The translations under genes were made by a program, and so were the position numbers. Of a DNA stretch of 64,000 nucleotides, positions 54,814 to 64,000 are shown piece by piece. Location: the NCBI RefSeq assembly GCF_021028975.2, contig NC_059428.1:111538001-111602000 (forward strand), given 5' to 3'. The notes below the pieces were generated by a model. The model was not told the DNA's origin and did not search any database. It saw nothing but the letters and a program-made list of their open reading frames with translations. Origin of the DNA: Sphaerodactylus townsendi. Taxonomy: Eukaryota. The stretch's first letter is position 1, and the number at the start of each line of letters is the position of its first letter.

Positions 54814-55754
54814 TTAATAAGCAGTCTGCTCTAAGCTAACATTCTCCACTACATTGAGAGACTGCGTCTCCATCCTGGGTAACAATAGTATAGGAAATTC
54901 CTAGAAATTTGGGGGCACTGGCTGGGAAGGGTGTAGTTTGGGAAGGGGCAGGAGCCCAGCAAAGATGTTATTTCATAGAGTTCACCTTCCAAAGCTGCAG
55001 TTTCCTCCAGGGAAACGGATCTCTGTTGTTTGGAGATCAGTTGTCATTCTAAAATCTCCAGGCCCCACCTGGAGGCTGGCAACCTTACAGGTTCCCTCCC
55101 TCACTTTTCAAGCTTTCCCTATCCTGAGCATGTTTCCTTTCAATCCTGGTTTGGTATGATCCCTCTGAAAAGAACACAGTCCAAATGCATTAGCAAATCA
55201 TATGAACAGGAAGGTGCACATTTTCTGAACTTTCACATCCGTTCCATTTTTCTTCTTTCAGCCCCTCACCGCTGCCCTACTCCCCACAATTCCATTTTTT
55301 ACCAAAACGATCAATAATTAACATCACATTATAGTACAGCAATTGAATAACAGATCTATTGCCACAATCTACTGGCATCTCTGAATTCCCAGCTTTCATT
55401 TACAAAGTCATCTAGCCCTTTTCATTGTGGTGATATAAGGGAACTATCTAGATTTCCTTAAAAAGTCAAACTGGGAATTCAGAGGAAGTAGTACAGCACA
55501 GCAACAGATTGTTCTGACATCATTGCATGACAGCTTAATTGCAATGGGCAGTTTTTTAAAAAAGGAATAAAAAGCCTTCCAGTATCCTGGTGAGGGAAAA
55601 ATGTAGGGGACATGGCAATTAAATTCCTATGTAGATGCTTCTTTGCCAGCGCAGATGCCTCTGATGACAGGGAACTGGAGACTCCTTGCGATATAGCCTC
55701 AAACAGCTTTCAGCTCTTTTATGAACTTCTGTGACTCTCCTGCCAGTGACGATT

Positions 55755-56125
55755 ATTCATTGAAGGCTTTCTAAACAATGGTTCCTTTAAACAATATATT
55801 TTCTACCTCACAATAAAATGTTATGTATCTCTTGGAGCATGGCATGAACTCTAACATTAGTAGTTTCACAAAGCCCTCGAGAGGAAGGACGTGACAAGCG
55901 GGTGCAAATCAAAGACATTTTCTTCCCTCGCCACAGGGTTAAACCCCTTCACAACTCACTTCCTCTTCCCCTCCCCACAGATTTCTCTTGGCCCTTGAAG
56001 TCATGTGCTAAGCATGAGGGCTTGTAAAAGTCTAATCCTTCTAATGAGGGCTTTTTCTTTTTTTCTTTTACCCCCATAGAAAGCCCCTGAGCTCTGGCAG
56101 CTTGGCAGGCAACAAAGAGATAAAT
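55755..56125 (+). promoter_or_regulatory. DCT proximal promoter: SOX-type sites, TCF/LEF site, M-box, GATAAA element
   Basis: CATTGA ~55758, AACAAT 55774 and 55790, CACAAT ~55809, ATCAAAG 55908-55914, AACAAAG 56111, GATAAA 56119. Confidence 0.6.
55999..56009 (+). promoter_or_regulatory. M-box (MITF site) of the DCT promoter
   Basis: Perfect AGTCATGTGCT, 340 nt upstream of the DCT ATG; hallmark of tyrosinase-family promoters. Confidence 0.9.
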
Positions 56126-56348
56126 TGTCTGCTTTTCCAACCCCATTCAAGGGAATAAGGATTCTTGATTAAGCAACCCCTGAACGTCTATTTTAGTAGG
56201 CAGCGAGGATGAAAACATAGGTTATCGGGTCAGGTAGACTCTGGTTTGCTTATCGGGACCAGAGGCTGCCAATGAAATTGCCTTTGCTCTTCTTAGTGAG
56301 GGTCACTGATAGGCAGCTGGCTAGAAGCAGGTCTGGAGTGGCATACCC

Positions 56349-56661
56349 ATGGCGGTCCCGTCCCAGTGGGGGAGGCTGCTTTGTTGGGCCGCTTTAGGAT
56401 GCTCAAGCCTGTGGTGGCCCCCGGTGGCCAAGGCACAATTCCCACGAGTATGTATGACCGTGGAGATGCTGAAAGCCAAGGTGTGCTGCCCACCTTGGGG
56501 CCCCGATCCAAACAACACGTGTGGTTGGCAGCAAGGTCGGGGGGTCTGCAGAGAGGTTCAAGTGGACACGAGACCCTGGAGCGGTCCCTACAACCTCCGC
56601 AATGTGGATGACCGGGAACGATGGCCCCTGAAGTTCTTCAATAGAAGTTGCCAGTGCACAG
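56349..56661 (+). CDS. DCT: DCT (dopachrome tautomerase, TYRP2) exon 1
   Basis: Signal peptide, then AQFPRVCMT...CCP...GRGVC...[32 protein letters not shown]; G|GTGAG donor. Confidence 0.96.
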
Positions 56662-59600
56662 GTGAGGAGAACGGGGGGAGGGGGGGGAGGGGGAGGGGGA
56701 GGGAGGAGAAGCTCTTGAAACCTTTTGCTATTTTAGCCTTGGGAAAGATTGAGAATGTTCTGGAAGATTCTGGAATATTTGGAAACAAGCCAAATTCTAG
56801 GTGAGACTCCATCCTCTTTGCATACCTAGGCAAACTTAGACGTTTCCTTAAGTAAAACTAGGCTGTATGTAACTTTTTTCTCTCTCCTTTGAGCAACTAG
56901 AATGCCTCTGATTCATGACTTTCTAAGTTTTTCCATTCATGTTCTGAAAATGCTGAAGGGAAGTTGCAAGCAAGTGGCTGCAGGTGCACATCTCTTCTGT
57001 GAATATTCAGACCTAAATGGAATGCATTAGTGGCAGAAAAGCTTTCCAGAGCTGTGCCAGATGCCCCTTTCAGCCCATTCCCTCACACATATGTCATTTG
57101 TGAGTGCTTTGTTTGTTAAATTTCTTACTTGCCTGTTAAGAGAAAAAAGTTAAAGGCAATGCATGGTCATGAGTTTCCTTACTTCCTTAAGTGGGACAGC
57201 ATTACAGGATTTCGTTTTTCGAGGATGAGAAAGTATTGGAGACTTATGGAGCTCTTGCTGTGTTTTTTTTTGTATTCAGAAAAAGATAGATAGTATTGGA
57301 AGCAAACAGCAGAACACCAGTGAGATTTCACATAGTTTCATTGCTGACCGATTCACAATTTCAGAATACTCTTTCTGTCTCAAATACAAACTACAAGCTG
57401 GTTGCAACTGTTCTACTGCCAGCATTGCAACCCTCCACTGGAAGGATATTGCCTTATCTGGGTTTAAATTGGTGGTTTATCAGAGACCCAGAGTGGTTAA
57501 AGTGTCAGGATAGGACTAAGGAATCCGGCTCAGGTCCTTACTCCCTGGGTGACCTTGGGCCAGTCACATTGTTTCAGCCAATCCAGCGTCATAGGGTTGT
57601 TGTGAGAGTAAAATTACAGAGGGCAGGACCATGTATTCTGCCCTGAAGAACAGGAGGGAAATGTCATGGTAAGATATTTCCAATGGTTGGAGTGAGTTTC
57701 TCCATTATCAGGAGACCATATCATTAACTCCCATGAGTAGAATGATGTTCAGTAATTCTAAATCCAAGCCATTAGCCACCAAGTTAATTATCAAATGGTC
57801 CGCCAGCATCTGAAACCCTGCTATGAAAACAACCACCAGCAGACAAAATAAGAAACTAGCTTTAACATGGGAGAGAAAATGTTCAGGGTTGTTACCTTTT
57901 CCTTTTACACCATACAGGTGTGGTTTTATGGCTGCAATCTTATCTGCTGTTGAAGAGGGCCAGACTTACTTCCAAATAAACATGCTCATGTTTCCATGTA
58001 GGGGATGTGGTTTTTCCTGCCGTTTCCTACTTTGTCTTGTCACATGCCCTTTCCATCCCTTGTTAGTTGCCGCATCTGGAGTCCTGTTTGTGAACTGTGC
58101 ACCAGGGAGAAAGGAACAGGTGGAGGAGTCTATGTCTGCTTTGTCTCATGCTGCATTGTAGGCATATGCATTGCGAGGTGCCTCCCCTCCTCAAAGTGCA
58201 AATATTAATGCATGTTTTACAGCAATTCACACTTATAGTTTCTAAGGCTGTAATCCACTGCACACTACTTGGAAATAGAATCCCGCTGAAAATTGTACTT
58301 TTAAAATAATCAAGCACATGGATGGCCCAGGCTAGCTTGATCTCACTAGATCTCAGAAGCCAAGCAGGGTCAGCCCTGATTAGTACTTGAATGAGAGACC
58401 ACCAAGGAAGTCCAGCCAGGACTGCTATGTAGACAGCCCTTTCCAAACAGGTGGGGAAAAGCTTTAGGGAGTGGTGTGGCCTTGCGCCTTGTGCATTTGC
58501 CTTGCCTGGGGAACTTACTGTGGTGGAGGGGAAGATGCATTGGTAGATGTCCGTCATACAGCCTCACTGTTGAAGAACCCAAAAGTCTGGGCTGTTGTGG
58601 GGCTGTGCTGGCAACCCACAGGTGCCAGTGCTGGTGTGGGGGGTGGGCTGGGGCATTCCCAGGGGCAGAGCCAACTTTAGCCAGCTCCCTCCCATGATTG
58701 AAGGTCAGGAGTGTGGTGCTTAAGTGGCTTTGGTGGTTTAAGTCCTGTTCACCCCATGGGGTTTCCCAGTGGCTGGGAGGCTTTTATCTGTTGTAAGTCT
58801 TCCCATGTCACCAGGAAGCCTCCACAAGAGTGGCTGGCCAACTGGCTGGCCTATTGGATGGGGCTGCCCATCAGTAATGGTAATGACAAACCATCTCTGA
58901 ATGTCTCTTGCCTTGAAACGCCTGTAGAGTTGCCATAGGTGGGTTGTGACTTGAAAGCCATTTCCACCACCACCACCCAGTAACAGGCTCTACATATCGA
59001 TAAATATATCCACATCATTCTTTAGAATAATTTCACAGGTAATGTGCAATTTGTGATGCATCATTGAGAATTCATCTTTGCATTCCTACCCTCCTGCACT
59101 AAAATGCTCTCTGATAGTTACTTTTTTGGGGTCTTTTTATTAACAGTCTGGTTCTGCTTTGTTAATAACATTCATCTGTGTGTGGAAGAAGCCTTCACTA
59201 TTATACTAAAGACAACCATCCCTTGCAAGAACTATTAACCAGAGAAAACAAGAATAGATCAGACTCTGGTATTTGATTACTTCTGATTTCTCTACAATCA
59301 GAACACAAAGCATCTTTTAAAAGATCTCATCTCATGGAAGGACAGCTGATGACATGGCCTTTGTGTTTAATCTGAAAGATCGCTTGAGTCCCAAATAAGA
59401 TGCTTTTAGGGCAGTCGCTGTGACTGAGTGGGGGCATGTAGGTAAGAGAAAGGAAATGCCAGTAAAGGACTTAGTGCAGTTACCAGAATAGAAGCTGGAG
59501 ATCCAGAATATATCTTCAATTTCCTGAATCGTTCCCCCAATTAGGCCTCAGATAGGAGATGGGGGAGGCTTAATTGCCCAGAAGAGATGACTAGTTCTGC

Positions 59601-62600
59601 AGTATGGAAAAATTGCTCAAATTTTTTTCACACTATATATTTTCAGTTTAATAACATTGTCTTAAAAGTTTAGCACAGTTCAAAAGGTGAAGTAGGTCAC
59701 AGGAGGTGTCCCCCTCCCTCCAGTGTTCCCTTTAATTTTGCAATTTTTCTATTGGGAAAAACTGGGCAAAAAAGAGTCCTTGGTGGTGGTGGCGGCGGCA
59801 GGGACCACTCGAATGTTTCTACTCCTCCATGGAGGCCTTCCCACTTCATGATGGGCTAATAGTCTTGTTCCATATAAGGCCGCTTCACATGTCAGTGGAG
59901 CTTGTCTTACAGTGGCATGCCTCTCACTGTGCATTTCCAAAAAGCTTAATGACCTTTAAGTTTTCAGAAGAGGATAAAGTGATTTCTTATGATTCTCTCC
60001 TCCCAATGCAATCCACCCACAACTTTGTCCCTTATTCAGTTCTTTAGGGTCCACTGACCTCCAGGAACAAAATCCCAGGAGATTCAGTTGTCTTCAGTGG
60101 GAGAGGAAAGTGGAGAAGCCATACTCCACAAAGTCCTCAGACATTTGGAGTCCAACCATTGGCCATTATCTTCTAGTGGTTCTCCAATGTCTCGGGGGGG
60201 ATAAGGATCTTTTCCAGTTCCGCCTTCTGGATGATCTTTAAATTAGAATTGGCAGGAACTAAACCTGCCAAAGACCTTCTGTATATAAAATCGTGAGCCA
60301 CACCCTAGCCCCCAGTGTGTAACCCACTGAGTCAAACAGAGCCCACCAGCCATGTACAGTTGTTTAGCAAGATCCTGAAGATCTGATTTTGCTCCCTAAA
60401 AAGAAGGTAAGCACCAGCTGATTGGTGCTGGTAATGGACTATGCTCTGATAGGTAGATCAAAAGTTTTGTAGGGTTAATTTGGACAGAACTCTCCGCTAG
60501 CTAAATTGGCAAGTGAACAAATGCATGACTGTGATGCGTACCCTGTGCAGTTGTAGTTGTAATTAATTAGACACTTAAAGGTGCTGGATGGGACAAAATA
60601 CTGGGCTGCTTTAAGAGCAGAACTATATCGTTATGAACACTGCTGTGCTGGTGTGTTAATGATAAGTCAGGAGTAATTAAATAGCAGTGTGTGACCTATT
60701 CTTGCCTTCTCCAGTTAATACTTCTTGTAAGGGTTTATTGTTAAGAGTACGTTGTAGTGAGTCTTATGATTTGGCGTATAGGTCATGAATGTAATTACTA
60801 GCAATTATAGCTGAGATCAGCTAATGAAAGCTTGCTCCAAGTACCATTTGTTTTTGTTTCTGAAGTTAGATCTTTTGACTGGCAGTATGTGGGAGTTCTC
60901 ACTTATAGTGCCAGAGATTAAGAGATGAAAGCCTAAAGTTAGGACTGTAGCATTATATTATTTTTTTAAACATATCTCTTTGTATTAATTTGGGTGCAAA
61001 GTTGCTCTGGTTTAGCTTGTTACTATGAGCCCAACTGTATGAAACATAGTCTATGGGTCCCACCGGCACTGGCAACTGCTATTTGCTCCATTAGGCAGTG
61101 GCGTATCTGAGGTAGGGAAGGTGGGGCATGTGCCCTGGGCACTACTTGAAGGGGGGCACCATCTCTGCCTGCCCACCCTCCACAGCTGTGCCCTCTGTGC
61201 CTCACCTCGCTCTACCCAGCTGCTGCCCTTCATCCTTCAGCTCTGTGCCTGCTTCTGGCCACTACTGAAGTCACCAACCTGTGGGTGCATCACAGCTCCC
61301 CACCTCCATTCTGCCTTGGCTTTGCACAATACACAGCCAAAGCAGGCCCATCAATAGTCATTGCCTGAGCTCTCCCCCTCAGCTGCTTAGGTGAGAATAG
61401 TGGGACTCCTATTGCCTGGCTCAGGGAGAGGTTGGGAAGGGCAGGAAGGAAAGGTGGGGGGGAGAGCCTTCCCTCACCTTGGCTAGCAGCACATGGAAGA
61501 AAACAGCTGCACTGGGTGGGGTGGGGGAAGAGCTCTGAGTAACCCTTCTTGCTGGGGCTTTAGCTAGTCTGGCTGCTGCAGCCCTCCTTGAGATGGGAAA
61601 GGGAAGGGAGAGAGAAGTAGACAAAAGGGGAAGGGCTCGATCTTGTCTCCATTTGCTCCCCTGCTGCAAAGGTTACAAAGTGGTACATTTGCTGCTTTGT
61701 GCCAGAGGATGGTGGGTGGAAGCAACTGGGGGGGGGGAGGGAAAGGGGGAGTGTAGCCCTCCTGCCATGTGTGGGCCACACTTGCTTAGGAGTAGAGGGA
61801 GAAAGGTTGCATCACAGTTAGGTGAGAGATACTACAGCTCTACTGCAAGCCAGCAGGAGGCGCACACCCTCATGGGCTGGTGACTGGGCAAGTGTCAGTC
61901 TGGAACTCCGCAGGAGGGATGACACTGAAGCAAGGAACCCACGGTGAAGCAGCAAGATCCACATCTTCCTCTGCTTGGGATTTATATAATGCTGAAAATG
62001 TGCGCAATATCTTGGTGCCAAACAAACCTGTAAGGTAGGCCTGTACTGATTCCTTGACTGCAGAGGGAGAGGGCTCAGGGTATAAGCCTACTATCAATAC
62101 TTAATATTTATATAGTGCTTTCTGCATTCAAAATGTTTTGTGTCCCTTTCCTTCTTGCAAAAGAGCCCACTAGGGTAGTCCAAATTCCAATATTATTATC
62201 CCTGTGTTGTAGGTGGGATGTTGTGGCTGAGTGACTTTTTTGCCACCTGGTGAGTTCCTTGTAAAAGCAAGATTTGAACTAGGGCACTTCTCAGATCATT
62301 CTCTTAGCGATTCCTCCACCCCATTTTGTGCTGCTGCCAAATCATGTGCATAAGATTGTGCTGAACAGGGATTACCCAGGTAGCGCTCTCAAATTATTGC
62401 ATCTTACTAGGATCCAGAGCCTACTTGAATGTGGCACTGTTTAGTTGTTTTCCATTTAATCTACATTGCCAAATATTATGTATATAATTGTATATGTTAT
62501 TATTATACACAAAGACACTACATAACATGGCTCAGCCCTCTACTACACCCTGTCTCTAATTGATCTGCTGCAAAAGGATGTGTATGTGCATATGTTCAGG

Positions 62601-62809
62601 GTTCGGTATATGACAGGGTCACCTATCAAGTATCTATATTGTCCTTATGTTCTTATGTCTTGTGTTTCTGCCAAAAAGCTCAGAGCAGCATGTCTGCTTC
62701 TGTCCCACTGTAGCTTAGTCTGCCTACAGGACAGTCTGAGAGAGACTCCCTGGCACCTAAGAGTCTTCACAGCAGAGTGGAGATTTGATCCCAGGTCTTA
62801 ATAGATCAA

Positions 62810-63600
62810 TTCTTATTTTTTAAATGATTTTTTAAATCTTTAATAAAGAATTACAAAAGGAGAGAAGAATATTTGGGAGTTACAAAAAAGGTGATTAAGG
62901 AAAACTATAAAATATAAGCAATGACAACATTTTGGAGATTTGCTTTACAAATAATATGCTGAAGGAAAATAATCAATTATTAATAGATGAATTCTGATGC
63001 TCTGTAATGGCAGGCTTGCTCTTGGGTAACCATGGCTTTTCCCACATAGAACAGTTAAAACATCTTGCAAATGTTTTGAAAAGAACCATTTTGGCTTTCC
63101 CCCCCCTCCTGTACTGTGCGGGAATATACAGAGTTTCAGTCAAAATGGTTCTTTTTCCCCACCTGCCACCCAACTGTAAAGAGGTCTCATCTTCGTTTTT
63201 ACCACTCATGCCAGCCGTTTTGTGCTGCTGCAGTTTGATTCTCTGTGCCACCCGCCATTTGCAGAGTTTTTCCTAGGGATGTTTCCTCTGCTGGCATCAT
63301 GTCTGGGCAACAATGAATCCACTCAGCTTTGCCTTCTAATTTCGGCAACATGTCATTTCCCCCCTTTTTGAATTTTTGGTGAGGTATCTTGGAAGTTTCA
63401 AAGACTCAATATGAGAATCCTTATATTGAGTTTTCGAAGATGCCTCACTGAAAATAAAAAAGGGGACAACCCCTTTGTGGGTTAGAAATTGGATGTCAGA
63501 TTGAATGGCACACAGCTGGCTCACTAATAGATACGGGTGCTTGACCCCGAAGCAGACATTTTCCTCTTTAACTGGCATCTGATCCTAAAAGCATGATGTG
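62810..63600 (-). mobile_element. Decayed L1/Tx1-like ORF2 3' fragment in DCT intron 1
   Basis: Trp/Lys-rich degenerate minus-strand coding remnants ending in an A-rich tail. Confidence 0.35.
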
Positions 63601-63731
63601 AGTAAAATCATAAACATAGCACTATAATATATGCCATCCCAGCAGTCCCATCATCTGTTCACAGAAGTTTTGTTTATTTGCCTGATTATATTTGTGCACA
63701 GTGGTACAAAGGATGTTCTCTTTTCATGAAG

Positions 63732-64000
63732 GAAACTTTGCTGGATACAACTGTGGGGACTGCAAATTTGGCTGGACTGGCCTCAACTGTGATGTGAAGA
63801 AGCCTGTGGTTGTTCGGAGAAACATCCATGCACTGAGTGAAGAAGAGCTGGAACAATTCTTGGACGCTCTAAACCGCTCAAAGACAACCATCCACCCGGA
63901 CTACGTCATTGCTACCCAGCACTGGCTGAGCCTGCTTGGCCCCAGTGGAAATGACCCACAAATTGTAAACTGCAGCATCTATGACTTCTTTGTGTGGCTT
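63732..64000 (+). CDS. DCT: DCT exon 2 (runs off the window end)
   Basis: AG acceptor; [19 protein letters not shown]...VRRNIHALS...[19 protein letters not shown]...IYDFFVWL. Confidence 0.96.

Noticed and set aside
58320-58420. 5S rRNA gene
   Set aside because: Diverged 5S-like head fused to a BovB-like tail, with several copies in the window, so it is a SINE.

Overview
Vertebrate genomic DNA, probably a squamate and likely a gecko (inferred only from the repeat families). It carries the GPR180-TGDS-tRNA(Phe)-DCT gene block. GPR180 is complete on the minus strand (9 coding exons, 437 aa). TGDS is complete on the plus strand, head-to-head with it (12 coding exons, 353 aa). An intact tRNA-Phe(GAA) follows, then the promoter, exon 1 and part of exon 2 of DCT/TYRP2. 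About 3 kb upstream of DCT is a ~5.4 kb near full-length tyrosine-recombinase (DIRS-order, Ngaro-like) retrotransposon: gag with Zn fingers, RT/RNase H, YR, and an extra SGNH-hydrolase ORF. The most unusual signals are in that element. Its SGNH ORF has no ATG, follows a textbook splice acceptor and has three of four SGNH signature residues replaced. Its 3' UTR folds into a nested multi-hairpin RNA with three repeated stem-loops, and the expected long terminal repeats are not visible. The window also holds palindromic Penelope-derived elements with a minimal hammerhead ribozyme, a SPIN/URR1-type MITE, several other MITEs with clean target-site duplications, tRNA- and 5S-derived SINEs, a solo-LTR-like element and a 140-N gap. 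All calls were made by eye, with no database searches.
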